IMG/VR virus record: IMGVR_UViG_3300027805_000006
Strand: one strand, 5' to 3'
Length of the DNA stretch: 64,000 nt
Origin: a virus
Taxonomy: Duplodnaviria; Caudoviricetes
Shown here: positions 47,571-56,474 of the stretch, in pieces
Layout: each line of letters begins with the position of its first letter
Numbering within the stretch: position 1 is the stretch's first letter
The notes under the pieces: model-generated
The model's input: only the letters and a program-made list of their open reading frames with translations
What the model was told of the DNA's origin: nothing
Databases searched by the model: none
Position numbers and translations under genes: made by a program

Positions 47571-48941
47571 TCATTCTGGAACTGATAATTTTTCCATCAG
47601 GTCAGAAATTGATTTTGGCTTTGAAACGGTAGGAATAGGCATAAGCATTGTTTTCTTCTTGAACTCAAGTTCCTTCTCTTGAAGGTCAGAAATTCTTAGG
47701 CTTACCTTACTCCAATTCATCATAATCTTTTTACCGTTTGCATCTGAGTTTCTGGACTTCACAAACTCAAAGCGATATTCTCCGGCCTCGTGCATTGCTT
47801 CTGTCTTTACTGTAGCGATCATTAGGTCAGATGTATTAGTCTTTGATGAACCACCCTGCACATCTCCTTGGTGCATCTGACGCCCTTCATTGATTGCATC
47901 TGTTGCATGCTTTCCAAGTTGAGAAGCACTGATCATAATGCAGTCATAGTCAAAACCAATTGCACGAACTTCTTCTGAAACATACTTATCTTTCAGGAAC
48001 ATACTTTCACCAGCGCCACGCCTAACAGGCTCCATGAGGTCAAGGTAATCTACGATGATCCAATCTGGCTTAAAGGCGTGTCTGGCTTCTAGTTCGCGAA
48101 GGTACGCTAGAATGTGATTAGCATTGGTAGTACCTTCGCGCATTCGCTTAATGAAGAAGCGCGCGCCAGTCTTTTCATGAAACTTCTCAATCTCTGCTGC
48201 TACTACAGTTCTATTTGTTTGAATGAGATTGCTTGCAAAGCGTGCAATCATTTGGTCAGTACGACGAGCAACCTTTTTATCCCTCATTTCAAGTGAGATA
48301 TATACGCCATGAAGCCCTTGCGCCATCAGATTGAAGCCTAGATTAAGCATCGACACTGACTTACCACCACCAGAGGGAGCAAGAAAGGTAACAAGTTCCT
48401 GCCGCCCAATTCCACCGCCAATTAGTTCATCTACGGACTTCCACCCGGTAGAAATTACCGCATCCTCGGTTTCATCATCTTCAAGCCGTGTCATCGGGCT
48501 ATCAAAGTAGTCAATACCTAGGTCTGTAACAACGTCAATCTCAGTTGCTTCTTTGAGTTTAGCAACCATAGTTCCGATGTCACCATTTTCCAAGTAGCCA
48601 CCATTTCCAATGGACTTCTGCACTTCCTTGATGACTGCCTTGAAGCGACAGAACTTTGCGATTTCCTTTAGAAGATAGTCAATGTCACCACGCCCAAGTT
48701 GAACGCTGTCGCCATCAAACTTTGTGGCTGCCTTCACGACAGCAATCGCAGGCACAGAGCGGTGCTCTTGGAAATAGTCCTGCATGAATTCAACCGTCTT
48801 CGCGTAACCTGGGTCAAAGAACTCAGGCTTTAGAATGCCATTCAGCCGTGCAAAAAGGTCAGGCATAGAAAGCATTGAATTTACATATAGCCGCTGTGCA
48901 TCTTCATCCATCAGCGGTGGGTTTTCAATTTTCTTTGTCAT
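47571..48941 (-). CDS. gp41: Replicative DnaB-family helicase (T4 gp41)
   Basis: ISTGW..D..IGGG..FLAPSGGGKS (Walker A); YISLEM; IIVDYLDL; ISASQL; VKSR. Confidence 0.93.
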   Translation of the reverse strand: MTKKIENPPLMDEDAQRLYVNSMLSMPDLFARLNGILKPEFFDPGYAKTVEFMQDYFQEHRSVPAIAVVKAATKFDGDSVQLGRGDIDYLLKEIAKFCRFKAVIKEVQKSIGNGGYLENGDIGTMVAKLKEATEIDVVTDLGIDYFDSPMTRLEDDETEDAVISTGWKSVDELIGGGIGRQELVTFLAPSGGGKSVSMLNLGFNLMAQGLHGVYISLEMRDKKVARRTDQMIARFASNLIQTNRTVVAAEIEKFHEKTGARFFIKRMREGTTNANHILAYLRELEARHAFKPDWIIVDYLDLMEPVRRGAGESMFLKDKYVSEEVRAIGFDYDCIMISASQLGKHATDAINEGRQMHQGDVQGGSSKTNTSDLMIATVKTEAMHEAGEYRFEFVKSRNSDANGKKIMMNWSKVSLRISDLQEKELEFKKKTMLMPIPTVSKPKSISDLMEKLSVPE

Positions 48942-49954
48942 TTAGTTCTCCTCAATTTTCCAAGCAGCAGGCCAAGAGAAAGTTTAAGTTGGCTTTGGTC
49001 TGAAAACGCTGGCTTGGAAGTTGCGTTTTTCAAAAGGCAGTATATGGTATAAGGCAGTCCAAACTGCTGTACGCTGTCGTTTGCATCCTTCGCTCTTTCA
49101 TCAACAAAGGTTATTTCCCATCCGTTCTCAATTGCTACCTTACCCAATTCACCACCAGTTTTATCGCGGTCAATTATAAAAATTAGTCTCCTTCTACTCT
49201 TTTTTAGAACTTCGATTTTTGTCTCATTAAGGCTCGAGCCATTTAGACAGATACCATTTACAGAAATTGCGTCAAAAACACCCTCAGTCACAAACAGCGG
49301 TGTTTCTTTCCATGAGTACAGTTGGTCATATCCATAGATTACTGCATCTCTCGAGATTGAAGAATTCAAGTAGCGCGGCTTGACATCATCAATCGTTCTT
49401 GCCTGCCAGTAAATTATCCGCCCATCACGGTAAAATGGAATTATAACACGCCTTGCGTACCTTTTGTCAAGACTGAAGTGAGCCTTAATTTTTAGTGGGT
49501 CAATCTTTCGGCCAAGTAGGTATTCAATAAGCGGTGCCTGTAGTTCATCATTCCCATCAGAACCAAGTGGAAAACTGTTGTCAGGGAGAGCCACCTCAGG
49601 CGTGAATATCTTTACCTTTTTGATTGTAGTCAGACTTATTTCCGGCTCATCTTCTTTCTTGGTTACTGAGAAAACTCTCGACTGTATATTGACGAGGTCT
49701 TCGTTTGTAATACCAAATGCTGAAAGAATACTTCGGGCGTTCTTTGAAAGCCTTCCGCTTCCTTCTTCATATTTGAATTTAGAACTGCAGTTCCAACAGG
49801 AAAATCCCGTCGATGAAGCATCAAACTTAAACGCACCACGTTCCTGGTAGTCGTTGCATACTTGGCACTTGACCCCATGAAACCCTCTAGGGTTTAGAGG
49901 ACCAAGATGAACCTTCGATTGAATTATCTCCGCGAGGGAGTGCTGTCTAATCAT
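48938..49954 (-). CDS. gp61: DNA primase (T4 gp61-like)
   Basis: CQVC..CWNC zinc motif; RVIIPF..WQAR; TOPRIM VTEGVFDAIS; DRDKTG; KDAND. Confidence 0.92.
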   Translation of the reverse strand: MIRQHSLAEIIQSKVHLGPLNPRGFHGVKCQVCNDYQERGAFKFDASSTGFSCWNCSSKFKYEEGSGRLSKNARSILSAFGITNEDLVNIQSRVFSVTKKEDEPEISLTTIKKVKIFTPEVALPDNSFPLGSDGNDELQAPLIEYLLGRKIDPLKIKAHFSLDKRYARRVIIPFYRDGRIIYWQARTIDDVKPRYLNSSISRDAVIYGYDQLYSWKETPLFVTEGVFDAISVNGICLNGSSLNETKIEVLKKSRRRLIFIIDRDKTGGELGKVAIENGWEITFVDERAKDANDSVQQFGLPYTIYCLLKNATSKPAFSDQSQLKLSLGLLLGKLRRTK

Positions 49955-49989
49955 CTATGTATTTTAACACGCTGTTGATTAGACAGCAC
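49940..49989. promoter_or_regulatory. 14-bp perfect inverted repeat enclosing a TGT-TAAAAT promoter and covering the primase start
   Basis: gtgctgtctaatca (49940-49953) pairs with tgattagacagcac (49976-49989); 22-nt loop. Confidence 0.8.
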
Positions 49990-50001
49990 ACTTCGTTTTG
50001 G

Positions 50002-50634
50002 TTAATAGCGCTGCTTGAAGGCAGCGAGTTTTTGCTCTGCGCCAACTGCATAGTGGAAGTTGTTATCAACCTGCTTCACACCTGCTGGACCACGATTGTA
50101 TGCATTTAGCAGTTCTCTGCCAGAGTAGCCGTATGTCTGCATCAATATCAGAAGATACTTGGCACCAATTTCTAGATTGAAAAGTTCATTTAGAATTAGA
50201 TTTGCCTTTACCTCATCATCGCTCCTGGTATGAAACCCATACTTCGAGTAAAGCGATGGCCAGCGGCTCAAAACATCTCTTGCTGCAGAAAGTTTAATCT
50301 GCATTGGCCCGAAGTATGCCTCAGGACCTTCATTGGCCACGCGGTATCTCTGCACACCCCCGGCGAGGGTCTCCTGCAGAAGAACGGCTTGCACAACTTC
50401 AGGATTTTGAAAGTTATGGGTCTTGCCCATTTCATAGGCAAGATTCAGCAGCCTGTGCTGCTTCTCAGATAAGTTGTTTGGCAGGACATGAACAGCCTGC
50501 CCTCCTAGTGTTTTTACCGCCTTTTCTCCAATAACAGAATTTGAGATTGGCGTTGGAACATATTGGAACAAATTTGCCGCAACAAAGATAATCGCAACTA
50601 ACGCTCCAATCCAGATAGCAATTACGCTTCGCAT
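50002..50634 (-). CDS. Lytic transglycosylase (SLT) with N-terminal membrane anchor
   Basis: AVLLQET (catalytic Glu), GPMQIK, AYNRGP. Start set at MRSV (50634) by AAGGAGAG RBS; ORF track extends to 50688. Confidence 0.82.
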   Translation of the reverse strand: MRSVIAIWIGALVAIIFVAANLFQYVPTPISNSVIGEKAVKTLGGQAVHVLPNNLSEKQHRLLNLAYEMGKTHNFQNPEVVQAVLLQETLAGGVQRYRVANEGPEAYFGPMQIKLSAARDVLSRWPSLYSKYGFHTRSDDEVKANLILNELFNLEIGAKYLLILMQTYGYSGRELLNAYNRGPAGVKQVDNNFHYAVGAEQKLAAFKQRY

Positions 50635-50859
50635 TTTCTCTCCTTTATAGAGTGTTTGCGCCAAATAAATGGCTGGGTTAAAGTACATTATAGACTGTTA
50701 TTTTGCGCCGGCGCCTCCAAAAAATGATTAAACGTACCTAGATTTCATCTAGGAAAGAAGGTATAGTTATATAGCAGTTTCGGCGGTAAGAGAGAAATCT
50801 CTACTCGACACCGCCAGTCTTTAATTAATGGACACTATCTTAAGAACTTATTCTTTATA

Positions 50860-50887
50860 AGGCACGGCTGTTTTAAGAGCCGCGCCT
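50860..50887 (-). terminator. Hairpin downstream of the 141-aa gene (possible terminator)
   Basis: aggcgcggct-cttaaaac-agccgtgcct on the minus strand with one G:U pair; weak U-tract. Confidence 0.45.
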
Positions 50888-50919
50888 CTATGCTTGATAG
50901 TTCCATCAGCAGTTTTGCT

Positions 50920-51345
50920 TTAGAACTTAGGAACCTCTCCAGACACAGTTCCCTGATCCCCGCGTGTGAATTCTGAGCCGATTTGTGCATCTGAGCCATA
51001 TACCTCAACAGATGCCAGACCACCACCAAGTACAGCACCGCGAGGACGCTTAACCTTGACGTAATTCATGTGGAAGAAATCGAGAGCATTGGAACCGTTG
51101 TTCAGCGTTCCCTGTGATAGTAGTTCCCAAAGCGGGTACTTGTCAGCGTGAACACTTACCAGAAACTTCTTCATGCGGGCCTTATCGATTGGGTGAAGTT
51201 TGTCAACTTCAATTCCATAGATAGTGCCATCAGGTGTTTCAGATACAACGGCAATTTCCTTTAGAATACCATCATCATTCCAGTCTATGAGGAACACATG
51301 ACGAAGGTCAGTCTTGCGCTTTTCAATTGTGCTTACGGTAGCCAT
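50920..51345 (-). CDS. Hypothetical protein, 141 aa
   Basis: AAGGAGA RBS, own late promoter (51444-51450) and structured leader. Confidence 0.75.
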   Translation of the reverse strand: MATVSTIEKRKTDLRHVFLIDWNDDGILKEIAVVSETPDGTIYGIEVDKLHPIDKARMKKFLVSVHADKYPLWELLSQGTLNNGSNALDFFHMNYVKVKRPRGAVLGGGLASVEVYGSDAQIGSEFTRGDQGTVSGEVPKF

Positions 51346-51443
51346 ACATTTCTCCTTGTAGGTTGCAGGTCAACGTTATACGTTTTACTAGACATATTGT
51401 CTAAACCTATTGTATGTCTAGAAAAATACTTCTAGACACATTC

Positions 51444-51450
51444 TATTTAT
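51444..51450 (-). promoter_or_regulatory. Late promoter ATAAATA
   Basis: Overlaps the stop of the PQ-loop gene. Confidence 0.6.
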
Positions 51451-51722
51451 TGCAGAGAAATGTGTTTTCTTGGAAAATGGTAATACCAAGCAATAACTAT
51501 CCACACCATCAAAGTAACAGAATTGTTTATGACTGCTGGAATTTTGTCTTCTGCTATGAAATAAAAGAGCGAGAAAAACATGCCCAGCCCCCACAACCAA
51601 ATCATTCCCGCAGATAGTCCTTTAGAATGTCCATTTTTGAAACTCATATAGGCCTGTGGAATAGCACAGAAAAGCAACAGCGTTTGGCCTATCCAGCCGA
51701 AAGCATCAGACATAAATTTCAA
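51447..51722 (-). CDS. PQ-loop / SemiSWEET-like small membrane protein
   Basis: AIPQAYMSFK..SKGLS with three hydrophobic helices. Confidence 0.8.
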   Translation of the reverse strand: MKFMSDAFGWIGQTLLLFCAIPQAYMSFKNGHSKGLSAGMIWLWGLGMFFSLFYFIAEDKIPAVINNSVTLMVWIVIAWYYHFPRKHISLQ

Positions 51723-52741
51723 AAAACTAAAGTTGAACGCTTTGACTTATTTCTAAGAGCGGTAATTCCGTCTGAAGCAGTTTGAGTTGGTTGGGCAGAA
51801 GATGTTTTCCCGTTCAGTGAAAAGAGTTCAATGAAGTGTGTAATGTCTTCACTGATTTTCTTTAAACCAAATTTACCACAAAACTTCTGCATTTCAAATA
51901 GTGAAAAGTGGCCATGATTATTTGCAGCGTGTTCAATAGTCTGACTAATCAAATGCCTAATTTCTTCGGGCTGCTTTTCCAAATTCATTAGCAACATGTT
52001 CTCTTCAAACAGATCACCTACTCGGAAGGTACGTTGCTCTCCACTGCTTGGATCGCTGAAGACCCACGTTTCATTGAAGAGGTTTGTACGATCATATTCA
52101 TTATTGAATGCTTTCTCAATTCGCGTCGAACGAACTCTTGGGAATGCAGACATTACGTTATCGCCTGCATCGCCCCGAAGAGCCTTTTCGAACATAAAGA
52201 AGTGGGGATCAATCTTATTTCCGGTTTTCTTATCAATTCCTCGTAGTGCGCCATCATCGGGGTTCATTAGAGAAACACCAGGAAGCTTCAAGAGTTGAAT
52301 GAAGTCCTTATCACCAGAAAGAATAACAACCTCATCACCCTTTGATGAATGGTGCTGAGCAAAACCTGCGATTAAGTCATCGCCTTCAAGACGCGGGTGA
52401 GAAAGACACACTAGCGAGGTATGTTGCCTAACCAGTTGTTCAAATGATCGAATTAATTCAAAGAACGGGATCATGCTGTCATCACGCACTCGATTTGCCT
52501 TATAGATGCGCTTTGACTGACATGTTTGCGACTTTGTGTATTCCTTGCGCCAGTTATCTGCACCTTCAAATGCAACTGCAATTTGATCTGGCTTTACCTT
52601 TCTATAAAAAGATTTAATCGAGTTTAATGCAGAATGCATACAGAGCCCAGCCAAATCTTCTGGATTACCAGTGTTGTACTTGGTATTTGCCGCCGCCACC
52701 CTGAAAAGGAGATTTGACGTATCAATAACTAGTCGTTTCAT
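51719..52741 (-). CDS. rnh: RNase H / 5'-3' flap exonuclease
   Basis: LVIDTSN..YKANR..LEGDDLIA..ILSGDKDFIQL..GDAGDNV. Confidence 0.92.
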   Translation of the reverse strand: MKRLVIDTSNLLFRVAAANTKYNTGNPEDLAGLCMHSALNSIKSFYRKVKPDQIAVAFEGADNWRKEYTKSQTCQSKRIYKANRVRDDSMIPFFELIRSFEQLVRQHTSLVCLSHPRLEGDDLIAGFAQHHSSKGDEVVILSGDKDFIQLLKLPGVSLMNPDDGALRGIDKKTGNKIDPHFFMFEKALRGDAGDNVMSAFPRVRSTRIEKAFNNEYDRTNLFNETWVFSDPSSGEQRTFRVGDLFEENMLLMNLEKQPEEIRHLISQTIEHAANNHGHFSLFEMQKFCGKFGLKKISEDITHFIELFSLNGKTSSAQPTQTASDGITALRNKSKRSTLVF

Positions 52742-53046
52742 TATTTTGTGTTCCTAGAAGGTGCTTTTGCATTAGGCATTATACCATAAAATATGTGTTC
52801 AGCTATTTCTCCATGCTGTCTAGCAACAAATATTGCTTGATTTAGAAGGGGCTGCCAAGTAGGTAAGAGTGATGAATGCGCCCTGGTTACAGCGAGCACT
52901 TTTGCAAGTTCTTCTGGTTCATACCGAAAACATGCCGCAAGAAGTTCGCGAAGTTTAAGTTCTACCGCGCTGAAATCACTTTGAAGCAGAAGTTCGGTAA
53001 TTTCATCAACTGCCTGCTTAGTTTCAGATTTACACTGTTGCATCAC
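52741..53046 (-). CDS. Hypothetical protein, 101 aa
   Basis: Coupled ORF in the operon. Confidence 0.55.
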   Translation of the reverse strand: MMQQCKSETKQAVDEITELLLQSDFSAVELKLRELLAACFRYEPEELAKVLAVTRAHSSLLPTWQPLLNQAIFVARQHGEIAEHIFYGIMPNAKAPSRNTK

Positions 53047-53345
53047 TGCTTTAGCATATTTTGCGGTGCTGTCAAAGATGGGTGTGCATCTGATTGAACT
53101 GCTTCATCACCACCTAATGTCATCGGGCGAAGAGCAGAGGCGGTAAAGAACAGTTGAACCACATCCTCATCAGTTTCTGCTTGAAAACCCATCGCCTTGA
53201 TTTTGGTAATAAATGCTTCATTGTAATCAAACGCCATCTTAATTTTGCCATCAGCCTCAATAGCAGCAACTTCTAGCATTGCCCATGGCTCTTTTTGCTT
53301 TTGCTGGGACCTTGCAAAAAGCCGCCTTATTAGAGATTTTACCAC
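53043..53345 (-). CDS. Hypothetical protein, 100 aa
   Basis: Coupled ORF in the operon. Confidence 0.65.
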   Translation of the reverse strand: MVKSLIRRLFARSQQKQKEPWAMLEVAAIEADGKIKMAFDYNEAFITKIKAMGFQAETDEDVVQLFFTASALRPMTLGGDEAVQSDAHPSLTAPQNMLKQ

Positions 53346-53701
53346 TTACCAACTCCAGATAGACTTTGAACTCCTGCCTTTAGGCGCTGAATTTCTGGCT
53401 CAATGACTTCACGAATGCGATCAACTAGGAGACTTTCAGCGAGAGTATTTGACACGCTGAATGTGATATCATTGGGGCTGTTGTTCGCAAATGACTGTGT
53501 TGAAACTGTAGCGGTGGTTCTCTTTCCGCCAAAAGCCAGTGTAACACGCACCTGCGATCCATCGCTTGAGATTTCTCCATTAACTACAGGCTTCCACTTT
53601 TCCACAAGCGGCTTCAGTTCAGAAACTTGTGACTGAAGGTATTGAATCTTCTCTTCTAAACGAGAAACATACTCAACTCGATTCTTTTCCATATCATCCA
53701 T
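53339..53701 (-). CDS. Hypothetical protein, 120 aa
   Basis: Coupled ORF in the operon. Confidence 0.65.
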   Translation of the reverse strand: MDDMEKNRVEYVSRLEEKIQYLQSQVSELKPLVEKWKPVVNGEISSDGSQVRVTLAFGGKRTTATVSTQSFANNSPNDITFSVSNTLAESLLVDRIREVIEPEIQRLKAGVQSLSGVGKW

Positions 53702-53702
53702 T

Positions 53703-54422
53703 TTATTCTCCGGTTGCTTGTGGCATAATAATGAGCAGGTGACCCCTTACATCTGCAGTTAGAGATCCACCCTCACCAATAACTAAACTAATTTCTTCAT
53801 TATCTCTTGCAATTGCATCAATTACTGATGTAAATCGATCAGCACTGTAGATGAATACAACTGATTCTTCCTGCTCGACAAATGATGCTTCTTTTTCAAG
53901 CACCACAACAAACTGATCATTGTTGCTGTCAGAACATTCAATTCTTACTTCTTTGTTTTTACCGACCTTGACGATAACATTTTCAGCAGAAAGCCCCTTC
54001 GCAGCCTTCACGAGTTGGCTTACTTCCTGTTTAGAAAGTTCAACTACTACATGAGGTACATCTGCATTTGCCTGTGGATACTTTTTATCAAGCAGGCTCA
54101 TTGCGGTGCATCTGAACTGCATCTTACTTTTTCCAGAAGAAAGAGTAATTAGCGTTACCTCATTGTCAGCATTTACCTTTAGGTCTGCTTCCATGTTTTC
54201 TGGAAAAAGATTTAAGCGCTTTTCAAACTCCATCAGCCTCCCAATACCAATCTTCAGGTCTTGTGCTACTGATAACTTGAGGTCGCTGATGATTGCTGCG
54301 TCTTTTTTGTCATTAACCCCCATGATCTTCTGGTTGGTCATGACCGCAAGTTCAATCCCCACTACCTTACAGGCACTTAGAGCAGAACGAATGTTTTGGA
54401 TATCAAGAGATGTAAGTTTCAT
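53703..54422 (-). CDS. gp45: Probable DNA polymerase sliding clamp (gp45/PCNA fold)
   Basis: Clamp-like length and alternating alpha/beta two-domain pattern; lies directly after the polymerase. Confidence 0.55.
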   Translation of the reverse strand: MKLTSLDIQNIRSALSACKVVGIELAVMTNQKIMGVNDKKDAAIISDLKLSVAQDLKIGIGRLMEFEKRLNLFPENMEADLKVNADNEVTLITLSSGKSKMQFRCTAMSLLDKKYPQANADVPHVVVELSKQEVSQLVKAAKGLSAENVIVKVGKNKEVRIECSDSNNDQFVVVLEKEASFVEQEESVVFIYSADRFTSVIDAIARDNEEISLVIGEGGSLTADVRGHLLIIMPQATGE

Positions 54423-54428
54423 AATGTA

Positions 54429-54437
54429 ATTATAACA
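54429..54437 (-). promoter_or_regulatory. Extended -10 promoter TGT-TATAAT, 6 nt before the clamp ATG
   Basis: Minus strand actaTGTTATAATtacattATG; no SD sequence. Confidence 0.65.
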
Positions 54438-54481
54438 TAGTTGTTGATGTTTTGGATCATTGACCTGAGATTACACGGCGT

Positions 54482-55447
54482 TTAGAACTGTAAAAGCCGG
54501 TTAACGATTGCTTTCTGGGGTGTTGGAATTTCCCAGTTTAGCGCAGCAAAAATGCCTTCGAGTTTTGCATCGATCATTTTTTGTTCAGTCAGTTTTATAT
54601 CAACTGCAAAGTTTTCATTGAACCATTTAGGAAATTCGTACGTGTCGGCAGGAAATCCAAGTGCCTTTAAACCTTCTTGATTTGACTTTAGATAGAAGAT
54701 AATAACCTTATCTCCCGATTTAATAAGTTTAGCACCTTCTTCAAAGCGTTGTACCAAGTCATTGTAGTTCATTGCTGCACGAATATGACCGGGAACTGCT
54801 TGCGGATCTCCAGTGATTGCGATCTTTCCACCAATAGGTCGACCTGCTCTCCGCCAAGCAGCATAAAATGCATCGAGGTTGTTCGCTTGCTTAGCAATTC
54901 CCATGGAGAAAATGTCTCCATTCGGGTTAAGTAACTGCTTGCGCTTTTCGTTCACAAACTTTTCAACTTCTGCATACGTCTTACCATCAAGCAGCAGTCC
55001 CATTAGGTCCTTCAAAAATTGTTGAATGGCCTTGGGTGTATCTGCTTTCTTAATTTCGGATCCTTGGGTTTTTAGTTTATCGACTGACATTCCCTCTAGA
55101 TCAATGACGCGGAGTACGTACTTCTTCTTTGCTTGAAATATGCCACGAACTGCAACAACTTCCCGCCCCGCCTTGATCAGTTCATCAAAAGATGGCTGGC
55201 AATTAAAAGTTTTACGCATAAAATCTGGAAAACTTTCATTTGCAATCCGTGCAGTTTCATCTGCAACTGCAATGGCCTCTTCCTTATTAGATGCGTGTGT
55301 CTTGAAATAACAACTATTGTGAACGAGAATATCGTTTGCAAAAAAGTACGGTGTATTTGCATCCTCCATGATAACGTCATAGACGTATTCGTCATCGAAG
55401 TCATCAAGTTGCTCTACACTTTTTATTTTTTGTCTTTTAATTTCCAT
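54482..55447 (-). CDS. gp43: Family B DNA polymerase C-terminal half, fused to split-intein C fragment
   Basis: 44-aa IntC, then S-C-Y-F; KKKYVLR; KTQGSEIKKADTP. Confidence 0.92.
   Translation of the reverse strand: MEIKRQKIKSVEQLDDFDDEYVYDVIMEDANTPYFFANDILVHNSCYFKTHASNKEEAIAVADETARIANESFPDFMRKTFNCQPSFDELIKAGREVVAVRGIFQAKKKYVLRVIDLEGMSVDKLKTQGSEIKKADTPKAIQQFLKDLMGLLLDGKTYAEVEKFVNEKRKQLLNPNGDIFSMGIAKQANNLDAFYAAWRRAGRPIGGKIAITGDPQAVPGHIRAAMNYNDLVQRFEEGAKLIKSGDKVIIFYLKSNQEGLKALGFPADTYEFPKWFNENFAVDIKLTEQKMIDAKLEGIFAALNWEIPTPQKAIVNRLLQF
55316..55447 (-). mobile_element. Split intein C-fragment (44 aa)
   Basis: Block F YVYDV..YFFANDILV and block G HN, followed by Ser+1 (55313-55315). Confidence 0.93.
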
Positions 55448-56429
55448 TTAGCCACCTAATAGTATTTTTAATTACATTATTTTTATCACATTTCCATTCA
55501 TTTTCCCAAATAACCATAACATCATATCCAGCCTTTTTTGCGCTCAGATGTTTTTTACAATCGCTTTCCCAAATTTGTAATGCAGTTTTTTGTTTTACCG
55601 CATGAAAAAAATCAGGTTTATATTTTAAAGGATTACAATGCCAATAATCTCCATTAAATTCTATCACTTTTTTGTCTCTACCAAAATCAAAACACCCGGG
55701 TATTCCTGAAATATGAAATTGATAGGATAATTTATCAACGAGATGCAAGTTCAACTCTGTTAATACTTCTTTTTCTAAACCATTTTTGAATTCAAGACAA
55801 TTTCTACCTCTACAAAAATCAGAAAATCTTCTTAATCCATCGTCAATTCCATATTTTTCGATGAAGTATTCTTTGCTAGTAGTGTATTTTTGTCTTTCAC
55901 AATATTCTTTCCATTTGATCAATCCAGCAGTTTCGCCGTGTCTTAATACGAAATTTTCAAGTGTGCAGGCTCTACTTTCATTAAATTTATTAAAGTCATT
56001 TTTAGACCAACCATATTTTTCTACTTTATACTCGAATGTGTTTGTTTCTGCTTGCCTATTTTTATACTTTTGCCATCTCAATGCACCATCATCTTCTCCA
56101 TATTTGTCAATCATTTTTTCACGTGTTATGGCAGTATTCTTTGCGAGATTTGGCGCAACTGTTGGAAAACCTGGAAATTTTTCTACATATTCAGTAATGC
56201 TTTTGATAGTGCATTTATATCTAAAATGGGTGTGTTGCAGCCGTGTTGTGATAGCGCCACACTGCTGACACTTAATAGCATTACCATTAAGCACTTCATT
56301 TTCTAAATCACCTTGATTCAGAGTTACTCGTTTTCGTGTTGAAATATTTTGCCACTTTTTTAGTCCTATTTCTTCTCCATATCTTTGGATGTAATCAGCC
56401 TTCGATAATATCTGACCTTTGCGCGGCAT
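55437..56429 (-). mobile_element. Free-standing homing endonuclease (Vsr-like/EDxHD-type) between the polymerase halves
   Basis: FDFGRDKKVIEFNGDYWHCNP..GYDVMVIWENEW; CQQC; four YG.E.G..W repeats; AT-rich. Confidence 0.85.
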
Positions 56430-56450
56430 TTTTATTCCCCATAAAACTAT

Positions 56451-56458
56451 TATTTATA
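56451..56458 (-). promoter_or_regulatory. Perfect T4 late promoter TATAAATA for the intra-polymerase endonuclease
   Basis: tatttata on the plus strand, in the 45-nt gap after the polN stop. Confidence 0.75.
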
Positions 56459-56474
56459 GAGATATCAGCATAGA

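Noticed and set aside
47571-49954. Inteins in helicase or primase
   Set aside because: Lengths are normal and no intein blocks are present.
55437-56474. Group I intron interrupting the polymerase
   Set aside because: Both flanks carry intein blocks, polC has its own ATG and RBS, and the 45-nt gap leaves no room for an intron core.
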